A DNA stretch of 64,000 bases, taken from Chiloscyllium plagiosum (lineage: Eukaryota). Of this stretch, positions 1 to 12,816 are shown piece after piece. The position numbers were made by a program, and so were the translations under genes. The stretch covers positions 8,590,300 through 8,654,299 of the forward strand of contig NC_057757.1 in the NCBI RefSeq assembly GCF_004010195.1, given 5' to 3'. Each line of letters opens with the position of its first letter. The first letter of the stretch is position 1. The notes beneath the pieces were generated by a model that saw nothing but the letters and a program-made list of their open reading frames with translations, had not been told where the DNA came from and ran no database searches.

Positions 1-599
1 CAAGTTAAGCCGGTAGCACGATAAATTATTGAATTTGGCCCAAGAAATGGAGGGTAAAATGGTTGCTTCAAACATAATATAGAAAAATAAATAATCCACC
101 AAACAAGCTTTCAATTACACTCTGATTTCTGAACTGGAGTTCATTGTTTCATAAGAGACTGACAGTTTACATTCTGCGTGTGATTATTCACATGTTAAAT
201 GAATATTTGAGTTTAGGTTTTTAAGACACTGAGGAGGAGGAAATAAATGTTCTTGCCTTTATTAATATAGACCTGGTGTATAATCAAGGCTAGTTAACTT
301 GTGTGGTAAGAACACCCTGAATCCACATTCCAATGCTTGGTTAAGATCTCTTCCCAAATTACTTTGTGATTTTTGATTCTTTCATTGATATGCTCACAAA
401 GTCCCAAATCCTGCAATTTAATTACCTCCAACAAATACATCCATCCTTCTTCAGCACTTTTAATTTTCTTTTCACTGCTTTCTCTTAGTTATTGTCCTTT
501 CATACAGAAAAGAAGAAATTCTTTGCAATAAATAAAGCTGCCATGCAGATTATCTCCACTTGAAAATAAATGCTAAAATGTCATTATCTATGAGAAATG

Positions 600-1110
600 G
601 CTGTTTTTTTCTCGGATGGGCAACTTTTTCATACAGCAGGTAGTTCATGTGTGGAATGAATTGCCAGGGGGAATGGTGGGTGTGGGCACAGTTACAGCAT
701 TTAAAATACATCTGGATAGGCATATGAATGGGAAAGGTTTATCGGGATATGGGCCAAATGCAGGAATTACTTACATTGTGGGAACAGGCCCTTCGGCCCA
801 ACAAGTCCTCACCGAACCGCCCAAGTGCAACCCATATTCACCCTTCACCTAACACTATGGCCAATTCACCTAACCTGCACATTTTGGGACTGTGGGAGGA
901 AACCGAAGCACCCAGAGGAAACCCATGCAGACACGGGGAGAATGTGCAAACTCCACACAGACAGTCGCCTGAGGCGGTAAATGAATCCGGATCTCTGGTG
1001 CTGTGAGACAGCAGTGCTAACCATTGTGCCACCAGGCCGCCCGCTTAGCTTGTAGATATGCACCAATTTGACCAAATGGTCTGTTTCTGTATGTCTGACT
1101 CGATGACTCT
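600..1110 (+). mobile_element. CR1 LINE 3' end fragment, interrupted by a SINE
   Basis: ORF 616 GNFFIQQVVHVWNELP...FKIHLDRHM resembles the CR1 ORF2 C-terminus; a CR1-like 3' tail resumes after ~1044. Confidence 0.75.
766..1043 (-). mobile_element. tRNA-derived SINE (HE1-like) nested in a CR1 3' UTR
   Basis: Reverse strand reads GGTGGCACAATGGTTAGCACTGCTGTCTCACAGCACCAG...GTGTGGAGTTTGCACATTCTCCCCGTGTCTGC...GGGCCGAAGGGCCTGTT (tRNA head, core, CR1-like tail). Confidence 0.85.
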
Positions 1111-1129
1111 CTACATCCTATTTATCTAG

Positions 1130-1300
1130 GATCTCTACAGTGTGGAAATAGGCCCTTCGGCCCTACAAGTTCACAGTGACATTCCGAAGAACAATCCACC
1201 CAGACTCCTTTTCCTACCATATTACTCTATATTTACCTCTGACGAATGCACCTAACCTACACATCCCTGAACACTATGGGCAATTTAGCATGGCCAATTC
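1130..1300 (-). mobile_element. HE1-like SINE 3' half
   Basis: Matches the 3' part of the 766-1043 SINE (GGCCCTTCGGCCC...CTAACCTACACATCC...GGCCAATTCAC). Confidence 0.7.
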
Positions 1301-1614
1301 ACTCGACTCTACACATCATTATACAGTGGGATATGGCTTGGAATTTAAAAGCTGGATACTTTAGCTTGGTTAAAATTTATTGGACACTGGACCAGTATTT
1401 CAGTTGCAGTTTTGAGTCAGAAATTTTAAAAGGTGCATCACTGTTTTGGAGGCAAGTAAAACACTGGCTGGGCTGTAGGAAGGTAGAAGCTGGTTCAGAG
1501 GAGATTTATTGGGATGCTGCCTGGGCAGGAGAGTTTCAGTTAGGAAGAGAGATTGGACAGACTGGGGTGCATTCTGTAAAGCAGTGGAGACTGGGTGCGG
1601 ATGTGATTTTCTAA

Positions 1615-1790
1615 TGATTCATTCACGGGATGAGGGCATTACTGGCAAGACCAACATTTATCGCCGATTCCTCATTTCCCAGAGCACAGTTAGGAGTGAA
1701 CCACAAAGCTGTAGGCCTGGTGTCACGTGTAGGCTAAACCTAGTGAGGATGGCAGATTTCCTACTCTCAATACATTAGGGAACCAGATGA
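1615..1790 (-). mobile_element. SINE fragment of a second family (LINE-derived tail)
   Basis: Similar to copies at 21625-21773, 29560-29826 and 58550-58710 (GGGATGAGGGCATTACTGGCAAGACCAACATTTAT...GGATGGCAGATTTCC). Confidence 0.55.
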
Positions 1791-1986
1791 TTGAGTTGCA
1801 TAAAACTATGAGGGGCGTAGATTTCTCCTGGTGAAGGAATCATTGACCTCGGGACAGAGATTTAATGCAAAAGGTAGTAGGTTTAAAGAACATGTGGAGA
1901 GCAGTGGGTTTCACACAAGTAATGAGATGTCATTCCCTCCAACGCACTTTGAAAGATCCTCGGGCACTAGGCCTGATAGTCGATCA

Positions 1987-2190
1987 TTTTTCCCATTCTT
2001 TTTCTCTGTCTTCCTTTCTTTCTCTCTTTCTCTCTTTTTTTCTTTCTCTCTCTCCTTCTCTCTTTCTTTCTTCATTTCTCTCTCTCTTTCTCATCTTTTC
2101 CTTTCTTTCATTCTCTCTTTCTTTCTCTCTTTCTTTCTTTCTTTATTCTTTCTGTCTTCCTTTCTCTCTCCGTCTATCTTTATTTATTTT
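1987..2190. repeat. Degenerate pyrimidine-rich (TC/TTTC) microsatellite
   Basis: Directly visible low-complexity tract; it produces the spurious F/S/L-rich ORFs at 1831 and 1865. Confidence 0.9.
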
Positions 2191-2199
2191 CAAACTGTA

Positions 2200-3985
2200 C
2201 GCCAATGTCTTTTCAAGGAACTCTCAACCAGATTGGTATTTGATAAGGAACCCAACAAAAGGTCAAGTCATAAGATGAGTGTGTTATGTTGGAGGGGGTA
2301 TATTGGCGTGGATAAAGAATTGGATGATGGACAGGGATCAACGGGTTACAATAAGGGACTCTTTATCGGGTTGGTGACCTGTAACCACTGGGACTCCACA
2401 GAGGTCAGTGCTGGGACTGTAACTGTCTACAATAAATATTGATGACCTGGGGGGAGGAAGTGAATGTACAGCAGCCACAATTGCAGACGACACAAAGATA
2501 TAGGGAAAGGCAAGTTGTGAGAGGGATGCAGATAGTTTACAGAGAGATAGTGACAGATCAAGTTGGTAGTCAAGAAATTGGAAAACCAGAGAAAACGTTC
2601 AGGGTGAACAAGGGCGAACAGGTTAATATTTAAGTGGAGAAAACCTGCAGAAAGCTGCAACACAAGGGGACTTTGCGGGGACTTGCACATCAAACACAGA
2701 AAGCTAACACAGAGGAGCAGCAGCAATTCAGGAAAGCAAATGGAGTGTTGGACCTTACTTCAAGGGGGTTGGAATAAATAAAGATCAAAATAAGATAATA
2801 ATCTGACTGTTAGGGGCAAAATACTGGCATAGATAGAGAATTGGCTGACTGGCAGAAGGCAAAGTGTAGGGCTAAAGTAATTGGTGGAGTTCCACAGGGA
2901 TCAGTGTTGGGACCAAGCTATTCACGTTATACATTAGCACTCTGGACCAAGGAAGTGAGGGCATTATTGTTAAATTTGCAGATGACACAAAGATAGATGG
3001 AGGGACACCAACAAAGAGAAAATGATGGAAAATCTTAGCAAGTCTGGCAGCATCTGTAAGGAGAGAAAGGAGCTGACGTTTCGAGTCTAACTGACCATTT
3101 GTCAAAATTCCAGGTGGAGCAGCATAGGTGGAGGGACAGGTCATGTTGACGAAGCAGGGAAGCTGCAGAAGGACCTGGACAGGTGAGGAGAGTGGGCAAA
3201 GAAGGGGCAGATGGAATACAATGTGGGAAAGTGTGAGGACATGCACTTCAGTAGGAAGACTAGAGGGACAGTCTGTTTTCTAAATGGGGAAAGACTTCCG
3301 GGGTATGAAGCATAAAGAGGCTTCAGTGTCCTAGTTCAGGATTCTGTTAAGGTTAGCAAGGCAAATGCGATGTTGGCATTCATTTCAAGAGGGCCAGAAT
3401 ACAAGGGCAGGGTTGTACTGCTGAGGCTGTATTAAACTCTGGTTGACTGCGTTTGGAAAATTGTGAGCAGTTTTGGGCCCAGTTTCTAAGGAAGAATGTG
3501 CTGGCTTTGGAGAGTTTTCAGAGGAGGTTTACAAGAATGATCCTGGAGATGAAGGGCTTAGCATATGAGGAGCGGTTAAGAATTCTGAGTCTCTAGTCAA
3601 TTCAGTTCAGAAGGATGAGGGAGGATCTGACAGAATATTTTCAGGCCTGGGCACAGTAGACGTGGAGAAGATATTTCCGTTAACAGGAGAGGCCCGCATT
3701 CGGAGTACAGCCTCAGGGTGAAGAGACGACCCTTTTGAACTGTGATGAGGTGGAATTTCTTCATCCAGACGGTCGTAAATCTCTGGAATTCATTGTCCCA
3801 GCGGGTTGTGGAGGCCAAGTCATTAAGTGTATTTAAGACAGAGATAGATAAGCTCTTGACTGGTAAAGGGAGATCAAGGGCTACAGGGAGACGGTGGGAG
3901 ACTGGAGTTGAGCAGCATAACAAACATGATCGAATGGTAAAGCACACTCAAATGACTAAATGGCCTAATTCTGCTCCTTTAACAT
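2200..3985 (+). mobile_element. Degenerate CR1 LINE RT/3' fragments (more than one copy)
   Basis: GVPQGSVLGP-like DNA at ~2886, KFADDTK at ~2972, NFFIQTVVNLWNSL...FKTEIDK, and a CR1 tail CCTAATTCTGCTCCT...TGGTCTTATGGTCT. Confidence 0.85.
3008..3107 (-). mobile_element. Short Penelope-like terminal-repeat fragment inserted in CR1
   Basis: Near-identical to repeats at 11763-11860 and 12400-12500; reverse strand has TTGACAAATGGTCAGTTAGACTCGAAACGTCAG. Confidence 0.7.
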
Positions 3986-4149
3986 GTGGTCTTATGGTCT
4001 AAGAGAAGGCACGTCTTCCTACACCTGTAGAAGCAACTTTGGGATAACTTGGTGATTTTGGTCCTGAAATGAAAAATAATAACTTCCATTTTAGGCAGTT
4101 CAGAGGAGATACATTCAGATGATCCCAGTTTGGAGGGACTGGCATTTGA

Positions 4150-4770
4150 GCAAAAGTCAAACAGGATTGGGCTGTACTCACTGTGACAGAGAAGGCTGAG
4201 AGGGAATCTCATTGAAATATATCGGCTGCTTCAGGGGCTTGACAGAATTAATGCGGAGAGGATGTTTTCACTCAAGGGAGCGTCTAGGACGAGAGGGTCA
4301 CAGTCTCAGAATAAAGGGGCTCCAAGGCGAGACACAAGTGAGGAGGAATTTCTTCTCTCAGTTGAGTTGAGTGTACTTGGAGCTCCTTGCCACAGAGAGC
4401 CGTGAGAGCAGAGTGCTTGTGTTTATTTAAGGCTGAGATTATTGATCAATCGGGGATCAAGCGCAAGAGCAGGAAACTGAGCATGAGGATTGTAGGATCG
4501 ACAATGATCCTATTAAATAGTGGAACAGATTCAAGGGCTGAGTGGCCTCTTCCTTTTACTAATGGTTTTATTTAGCAAGTACTTAAATATGCATTTCTGA
4601 TGCCAAAGGGTACAGGGTTACGGAGCAAGTGGTGGTAAATGGGATTAGAGTATTTCAGAGGGACGATAGGATGCAGGCTTATAAATCCTTGACAGTGGCT
4701 TTACAGGTGGACAGGATGGATGAAGAAGTTGTTTGGTACACTTGCCTTCACTGAGCCAGAGCATTATGCA
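4150..4770 (+). mobile_element. CR1 3' fragments
   Basis: CR1 ORF2 end-like DNA (GAAGGCTGAGAGGGAATCTCATTGAA, GAGGAGGAATTTCTTCTCTCAG); a second fragment from ~4680 continues after the insertion at ~6300. Confidence 0.65.
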
Positions 4771-6300
4771 AAGGAACAAAAACATAAATTGCTAGTAAAA
4801 TTCAGCACAACTGGCATCATCTGTGGAGAGAAATTAGTGTTAACGTTTCAGACCCAGTGATCCTTCCTCAGAACTGACAATTGCTCGGAAAAGTTGTTTT
4901 TATGCAGACGACCGGGTGGGGCGAGGGGGTAAGGCAACTGGAGTCTCAGGGTCTTCTTTGTGGACAGAATGTAGGTGTTCCACGAAGCGGTTACCTAGTC
5001 CACACTCCGTTTCCCAGTGTAGAGGGGACACCATTGTGAGCAGCGAATGCAGTAGGCTAGACTGAGTGAAGTGCAGGTAAAGTGCTGCTTCACCTGGAAG
5101 GTATGTTTAGGACCTTGGATACTGAGGAGGGAGGATGTATACAACAGTTGTTACATCTTCTGTGGTTGCAGGGGAAGGTACTGGGGGCTGGGGGTGTAGT
5201 CAGTTGGGAGTGAAGGAGGCATGGACCAGGGTGTCCTGGTGGGAACAATCCCTGTGGAAGGCTGATGAGGGAGGGGAGGGGGAATACATGTCTGGTATCT
5301 CCCTGGAGCTGGTAGAAATGAAGGCAAATGATCGGCTGGATGTGGAAGCCGGGCTATGGTAGGTAAGGACGAGGTGGACCCTGTCATTGTTGTAGGAGGG
5401 AGAGAGGGAGATGAGGGCGGAAGTGTGGGAGATGGGTAAGACCTGGCTGAGGGTCCTGGTGCGGGGAAATCCTCGATGTTTTGGAGAGCCCTTTTGTCAA
5501 ATCTGGCCTCATGATGCAATGGAGCCAGAGGAACTATGAGGATGGAATATGGGGTGCGGGGTGTGAGGATGTATATGCAAGGTAACTGTGGGGGTGGGTT
5601 GGTTTGTAGTGGATGTTGGTGGCCAGCTTATATCCAGAAATAGATATACAGATGTCGAACACCCTCCCTTGCAGCCTTCCGCAAAGTCTGTTCCCTCCAA
5701 CAAAGTCTGTTCCCTCCTGAGCTTCCAGTTGTCTGCCACTTTAACACAGCGTCCTGTCCCCGGGCCAACATCACTGTCTCATGCTCACTGCAGTGCTCCA
5801 GTGAAGCTCAGTGCAAGCTGGAAGAACAGCACCTCATTTTCCGCTTGGGAACTGAACAGCCTTCTCATCTCAATATCGAATTCAACAACTTTAGGGTCTG
5901 AACATCTCATCCGCACTTTCCCCAACCTCCACACGCCAGGCCGTGTTATCACATGGTCTGTTATTATACACAACCCATTATTAGCCACTAATAGTTCCCA
6001 TTAGCAGATATTACTTCTCCCAGGCTGACTGTTACGCACTCCTTTGTCTGTCCAACTGTCTTTCTCTCTCTTTGGCCTCTGCTTCCACCTGATGTTTAGT
6101 CCTTACCCCCGCACGCCCACCCTATTTACTGACAGAAACCACCATTTCCCCTGGCTACCATCAGCTCTGAAGAAGAGTGACTGGACCTGAAACGTTAACT
6201 CTGATTTATCTCCACAGATGCTGCCAGACCTGCTGAGTTTTCCAAGCAATTTCTGTTTCTGTTTCTGATTTCCAGCATCCACAATTTTTTGTGATTTTCG
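4770..6300. mobile_element. Penelope-like element (GIY-YIG), truncated and partly inverted, with hammerhead motifs at both ends
   Basis: Minus strand 4960-5060 encodes YCIRCSQ..LYTG..GNRFVEHL (GIY-YIG-like). Plus strand 5720-5900 encodes PVVCHFN...KLEEQHLIFRLGT...LNIEFNNF (PLE C-terminus). Inverted terminal sequences at ~4785-4875 and ~6160-6290. It splits a CR1 at CAGAGCATT|GAGTATAGG. Confidence 0.8.
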
Positions 6301-6490
6301 TTGAGTATAGGAGTTTGGATGTCATGTTGCAGCTGAACTAAACATTGGTGAGGCCAATTATAGAGTACTCTGTACAGTTCGGGTTGCCCTGCTATAGGAA
6401 GGATATTATTAAAATAGAAAGGCTACAGATAAAAAAAAAATACAAGGATTTTTCCAGTACTGAAGGAGTTACAAGGAGAGGCTGGATAAG

Positions 6491-9400
6491 ACCATAAAAC
6501 ATAGGACAAAGGAGTGAAAGAAAGGCCGTTCTGCCTATCGAGGCCATTCCGCCATTTAATCATAGCTGATGGACATTTCAACTCCACTTACACACATAGT
6601 CCCCGTATCCCTTAATTCCTTGCGAGGTCAAGAACTTATCAATCTCTGCCTTGAAGACATTTAACATCCCGGCCTCCACTGTGCTCCGTGGCAAAGAATT
6701 CCACAGACCCACCACTCTCTGGCTGAAGAAATGTCTCCGCATTTCCGTTCTAAATTGATCCCTCTAATTCTAAGGCTGTGCCGACGGGTTCAAGTCTCTC
6801 CACCTAATGGAAACAAATTCCAAGTGTCCATACTTTCTAGGCCAGCATTATCTTGTAAGTTTCTATTAGATCTCCTCTCAACCTTCTAAACTCTAATAAA
6901 TACAATCCCAGGATCCTCAGCTGTTCATCGTATGTTAGACCTACCATTCCAGGAATCATACGTGTGAATATCCTCTGGACACGTTCTAGTGCCAGTATGT
7001 CCTTCCTGTGTTGTGGTGCCCAAAACTGAACACAGTATTCCAAATGAGGCCTAATTAGAGCTTTACAAAGTCTCAGTAGCACAACGCTGCTTTTATATTC
7101 CAACCTCTTGAGATAAATGATAACATTAGATTCGCTTTCGCAATCACGGACTCAACCTGCAAGTTAACCTTTAGAGAATCTTGGAATTCTGGACTATCAC
7201 TCCCAGATCCCTTTGTATTTTTTCTTTAAGAATTTTCTCACTGTTTAGAAAATAGTCCATGCCTGTATTCTTTTGCTCACATTGAAATTCATCTACCATT
7301 TCCTGGATCACTCTCCTAAACTGTCTAAATCTTTCTGTAGCCTTCCCACCTGCTCAGCACTACCTGCCTGTCCGCCTAACTTTGTATCATCGACGAACTT
7401 CATGATAATGCCCCAGTCCCTTCATCCAGATCATTAATATGTAAAGTGAATAGCTGCAGCCCCAACACTGAACCCTGCAGGACACCACTTGTCACGAGTT
7501 GCCATTCCGAACAAGAACATTTTATCCCAACTCTCTGCCTGCTGTCAGACAGTCAATCCCCAATCCATGCCAATAGTTTACCTTGAACTTCATAGGTAAT
7601 AACCTTACTCCCGTGACGCACCTTATCAAAGGCCTTTTGGAAGTCTAGGTAGATAACATCCACTGAGTTTCCCTGGTCTAACCGACTTGTTACCTCTTCA
7701 AAGAATTCGAACAGGTTTATCAGGCATGACCTCTCCTTACTAAATTCAAGCTGACTTGTTCTAATCTGACCCTGCACTTCCAAGAATTTAGAACTCTATC
7801 CTTAATAATGGACTCTAGAATTTTACCTACAACCAAGGTTAGGCTATTTGGCCTGTAATTTTCCATCTTTTATCATGATCCTTTCTTGAACAAGGGGGTT
7901 ACAACAGCGATTTTCCAATCATCTGGGACTTTCCCTAACTCCAGTGATTTTTGAAAAATCACAACCAATGCCTCCACTATTTCCTCAGCTCCGTCTCTCA
8001 GAAGTCTAGGATGTAGCCCATCGGGGCCAGGAGACCTATCAATTTTTAGATCTTTTACCTTTTCTAACACTTTTTCTTTTGCAATGACTACCACACTCAA
8101 CCCTTCCCCCTGACTCTCCTTAATTGTTGGGATATTACTCAAATCTTCCCCTGTGAAGACTGAGGCAAAGTACTTAAGTTTTTTTTTAGCTATTTCGTCA
8201 TCTCCCAGCACTAGCCTTCCAGCATCACTTGGAACAACCCAATGTCTACTTTTGTCTCTCATTTATTTCTTATGTATTGAAAGAAACATTTACTATCATT
8301 TTTAATATTACTGGCTCGCCTGTCTTCATATTTGATCCTCTCCTTCCTTATTTCTCTCTTTGTTTGTTTTTGTAGTCTTCCCAATCTTCTGATTTCCCAG
8401 TGCTCTAGGCCACTTTATCAGCTCTCTTTTTTTCTTAGATGCATTCCCTGACTTCCTTTGTCAGCCATGGCTGTCTAAACCCTCCCTGGATAATCTTTCT
8501 TTTCTTTTGGATGAACCTCTGTACTGTGTCTTCATTCACACCAGAAACCCCTGCCATTGTTGCTGTACTGTCTTCCCCACTAGGCTCTTTCATCAGTTCC
8601 TCTCTCATTCCTCTGTAATTATCTTTATTTAACTGTAACGCCATTTCACCCAATTTTGCATTCTCTCTTTCAAACTGCAGACTGAATTCGATCATATTAT
8701 GTTCGCTGCCTCCTAAGTGTTCCCTTACTTTAAGATCTTTTATAAAGTCTGGCTCATTGCATAGCACTAAGTCCAGAAAAGCCTGCTCCCTTGTGGGCTC
8801 CATCACAAGCTGCTCCTAAAAGCCACCCTGTAAGCATTCCATGAATTCCCCTTCTTTGGATCCACCGGCAACATTATTCACCCAGTCCATCAGCATATTG
8901 AAGTCCCCCATGATCACATGACTTTACCTTTCTGAAATGCCCTATCTATTTCCCGGTATACCTTGCGCCCCGGTTCCTGACCACTGTTTGAAGGTCTGTA
9001 CATAAGTCCCATTATGTTTTTTTTTGCCTTTGTGGTTCCTCAACTCCACCCACACAGACTCCACATCATCTGACCCTATGTCCATTCAGTGCCACAGTTT
9101 TAATTTCATTCTTAACTAAACAGCTTCCTGTCTTTCCGACAAGTTGTATATCCTTGGATGTTTAACTGCCAGTCCTGAACACCCTGCAATCACGTCTCTG
9201 TGATGCCTATCACATCATAATTGTTCACGATGATTTGTGCCGTTAGTTCATCTACTTTGTTACGAATACTAAGGTAAAGTGCCTTCATGCTAACTTTCTT
9301 ATCAGTATTAGAGATATTGGAAATCATAAGATGTCCTGAGTTATCCTTCCTTTTCTGCTGCATTCCTAGTCTGCCTTGAGTTTAAACCCACCTGCACACG

Positions 9401-9690
9401 TGCTATCCTGCTGGTTATCTTTCCAGTTAACTCCAGACTCCCTGTTGCTTTCACTTTCCCTTCCCCTGACTCAGAAGTTTCAAGTCCTACTGCCCACCCT
9501 GTTTATCCTTTTCGCTGGAACACTGGTTCTAGATCGGTTCAGCTGGAGACTGTCCCAACGGTACGGATCCCTCCGGTTCCAAAGCTGATGCCAATGCCAC
9601 GTGAAATATAATCCCTATTTCCCACACCAATCCCTTAGCCACGTGTTTACTTCCCTAACTTTATTATCCCTATGCCAATTGACGTGTTGG
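6491..9690 (-). mobile_element. Long degenerate CR1 LINE nested in another CR1
   Basis: Minus ORFs with EPTREQAFLDLVLCN...LGGSEHN (APE), SPGPDGLHPRLL...WKIAVVTPLFKKG, DVIYLDFQKAFDKV and RPHLEYCVQFWAP; the host + strand CR1 flanks it at 6300-6490 and 9690-10090. Confidence 0.9.
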
Positions 9691-10090
9691 CTGGGACTTC
9701 TTGCCATAGAGTGTCAGAGGCTGAGGGGTGACCTTATAGAGGTTTATATAATCATGAGGGGCATGAGGGCCAAGGTCTTATTCAAAGTCTAAGGAGTCTA
9801 AAACGAAAGGGCATAGGTGGAAGGTGAGAGAGGAAAGATTTAAAAGGGACCTGAGGGAAACTTTTTCATGCAGAGGCTGGTGTGTGGAAAGAATGAGATA
9901 CCAGAAAAAGTGTAGAGGCAGGTAAAATTGCAACATTTAAAAGGCATTTGGACAGGTACATGAATAGGAACTGTTTAGAAGGATATGGGACAAACATAGG
10001 AAAATGGGATTAGTTCCGTTTCGGAAATCTGGTCGGCATGGACAAGTTGGACCAAAGGGTCTGTTTCTGTGTGGTATGGTTGGCTCCTCA
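9690..10090 (+). mobile_element. 3' end of the host CR1 LINE
   Basis: RLRGDLIEVYIIMRG, then a CR1 tail GGACCAAAGGGTCTGTTTCTGTG. Confidence 0.75.
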
Positions 10091-12023
10091 ATGATTGTTT
10101 TTGATTGGCGCAGACTCGGTCGGCTGAGGAGTTCTCTTCTGTGTTGTCAACGTCTTTGACTTCTTTATGACCCAGACAGCAAATGTAATATGTGCAATCT
10201 GATCAGTGATATGAGAGGAGTGGAGAATTCTGAGTTTTACAGATGTTATTAGATTGATAAACGATCTGGGGAATAGGGGAATGTTAATACTGTGAAAAAT
10301 ACTGAGAAAGAATTCCTGTGATGGACGGAATGTGGTCACTATTGAAATACCGTGGTGATCCAGCTGCTTGTGACGGCCATCGATAGGGTGGGATCAGAAA
10401 GTGGGACGAGAGCCAGCTAATTGTTCAGCTGTACAGAGTGGGACAAGGCGCTATGGGAATGTAGATTGGTCAGTTGATATAAGGGGCAAAAACACATTGG
10501 AGAACAGCTGATTATTTATCCTGAACGCTAGCTAAAGCAAACGAACACCCTGGCATTAGTTACACTGTGCATTGTGAAAATGACAGCAAAGTATTCAACT
10601 GATTCCCAAATAGCTTCAAATGGTTTTATTTAAGAAATCTGAATTTGTCCCCATCTTTTCCAGGTCCTAATCTCGTAAATCTTCTCTGTGTCCAGTGCAT
10701 TTACACTTTCCCTTAAACCTGTCGGCCAACAAAGTATGGATTAATCCAGATGTAGTCTCACCAATGCCCTGTACAATCTGAATCATAACCTGCGCACTTC
10801 TGTATGCAGTTCTTCTCACATAAGATCTAAGGTGCAGGAGGAGGCCATTCAGCCCCTCGATCCTGCTCTGCCATTTAATACGATCACAGTTGTTTTCCTC
10901 TCAGCCTCCCTCCACTTTCCTGCCCATTCTCCCTGACTGTATATCCACTCTTTGAAGGTATTCAAGAGCCCAGCAGCAGTACATTCCTGGGCAGGGAATT
11001 CCACAGCTTCATGATCCTTAGACAGAAGTAATTCCTCCTGGTCTGTGTTTTCAATTTGCTACTTTGGTCTAAACCACTAACGTCTTGTTCGAGATTGTCC
11101 CATTGAGGGAAACACCCTCACATTAAGTGAGAACATTCTACTAGCTTTCCTGATTGCTTGCTGTGTCTGCAACATGATTCACTTGGTTGTATCGAAGTGT
11201 CTTGCTATGAAGTCTTTTAAAACTCACTTCTAATATTTAGCCCTGATGGGTGTTAAACCATGGGTATTGATTCTCTTGGAAACTGTTGAGACAGACGACA
11301 CTGCCAGTCCGAGAGCCGGACAGGGCTGCCAGTCAAAAATTGGCGTGGAGGCAGAGCCGAGGAGTCAGACATCATGCAGAGTCGTGGTAATAGGGGACTC
11401 CATAATGAGAGGGACTGAAAGGGGTTTCTGCAGGGACAGGCGGGATTTGAGGATGGTGTGTTGCCTTCCTGGTGCAAGGATACAGGACGTCACCAACAAA
11501 GTGCAGGGAATCCTCAAGGGCGAAGGTGAAGAGCCAGAGGTGATGGTGCATGTCAGCACAAATTATGTCAGGAAGAAGAGGAGGGACATTCTACAGTGGG
11601 ACTTCAGAGAATCTGGAAGAAGGCTGAAAAACAGGACTTCCAGGGTGGTTACCTCTGGTTTGCTTCCAGTTCCTTGGTCTGGAGAGGGCAGGAACAGGGA
11701 GATAATGGGACTGGAATGTGTGGCTGAGGGACTGGTGCAGGAAGCAAAGATTTAAATTCTTGAACCCAAATAGAAATGCTGGAAAATCTCAGCAGGTCTG
11801 GCAGCATCTGTAAGGAGAGAAAAGAGCTGACGTTTCGAGTCTAACTGACGCTTTGTCAAAGTTATGCAAGTACCTGTAATCCTGGAGGCTGCATGCAGGG
11901 TGGAATTTGAGTCGAAATTCACGTGGAGTAAGTCGGAGGCAAAGACAGTCACTGAGGAAGGAAATATGGCTGTGAAGGCGAGTCTTAGTAAATACCTTAT
12001 CTAACACTGAGAGAGAAAAGGAA

Positions 12024-12236
12024 TGATTCCGAGATGCCGGTGTTGGACTGGGGTGTACAAAGTTAAAAATCACACAACACCAGGTTATAGTCCAACAGGT
12101 TTAATTGGAAGCACTAGCTTTCGGAGTGACGCTCCTTCATCATCACAACCACCTGATGAAGGAGCGTCGCTCCGAAAGCTAGTGTGCTTCCAACTAAACC
12201 TGTTGGACTATAACCTGGTGTTGTGTGATTTTTAAC
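12024..12236. mobile_element. Palindromic Penelope-derived mini-element with hammerhead motif
   Basis: Inverted arms spanning 12062-12236; TSD AGAGAAAAGGAA (12012-12023, 12237-12248); CTGATGA-A-GGAGC-GTC-GCTCC-GAAAGCTA at 12153-12181. Confidence 0.85.
12153..12181 (+). ncRNA. Minimal type I hammerhead ribozyme motif
   Basis: CUGAUGA, extra A, perfect stem II GGAGC/GCUCC, GAAA, palindromic AGCU, putative CUA cleavage triplet; activity untested. Confidence 0.65.
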
Positions 12237-12816
12237 AGAGAAAAGGAAAGCAGCGAAGGTGGACAAGGGGAGAGAGACAAACGAAAATCTGGTCGAAGAG
12301 AAGAGTAGTACTTTTTCAGGGTAGGCATTCCTGGAAGAGAGATGGCAGTGAGTTAAACACTGGAGAAGAGAAAATTACTGCAGTTGCTGGAATCTGAAAC
12401 CAAAAGAGAAAATGCTGGAAAATCTCAGCAGGTCTGGCAGCATCTGTAAGGAGAGAAATGAGCTGACGTTTCGAGTCGAATCTAACTGACCCTTTTGCCA
12501 AAGATTTAAATTCTTGGATCACTGGGCTATGTTTTGCAGTAAGCATAAATTATACAAGAGGGATCCATTACACCTTAATAGGTGGGGGACCAGCATTCTG
12601 GCAGGCTGATTTGCCAATGCAATATAGATGTGGAGGGGGGGTTGGGGACAAACTGGAAATTCATGAAGGAAGCTAAAGGGAAAGTGAAAATCAGAGAAGC
12701 TAAGAAAGGCAACAGGATCAACAGAGCAGTAAACTCAAGAAGGGATCATACAGTATGGTCAAGTGAAATAGGGATTGATAGGAAGGGTGAGGGGAGTAAC
12801 AAATTTAAAATATTAT

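Larger units (their letters stand above)
11763..12498 (-). mobile_element. Penelope-like element 5' fragment with direct terminal repeats and TSD
   Basis: Direct repeats ~11763-11860 and ~12400-12500; minus ORF KTRLHSHISFLSDCL..L.P resembles a PLE N-terminus; flanked by duplicated CAAAGATTTAAATTCTTG (11745-11762 and 12499-12516). Confidence 0.8.

Noticed and set aside
1831..2442. Hydrophobic F/L/S-rich ORFs (also 23647, 39840, 39946)
   Set aside because: Translations of pyrimidine microsatellites, not membrane proteins
11246..11755. SGNH/GDSL esterase ORF as a host gene
   Set aside because: It is CR1 ORF1, upstream of APE/RT and disrupted by insertions
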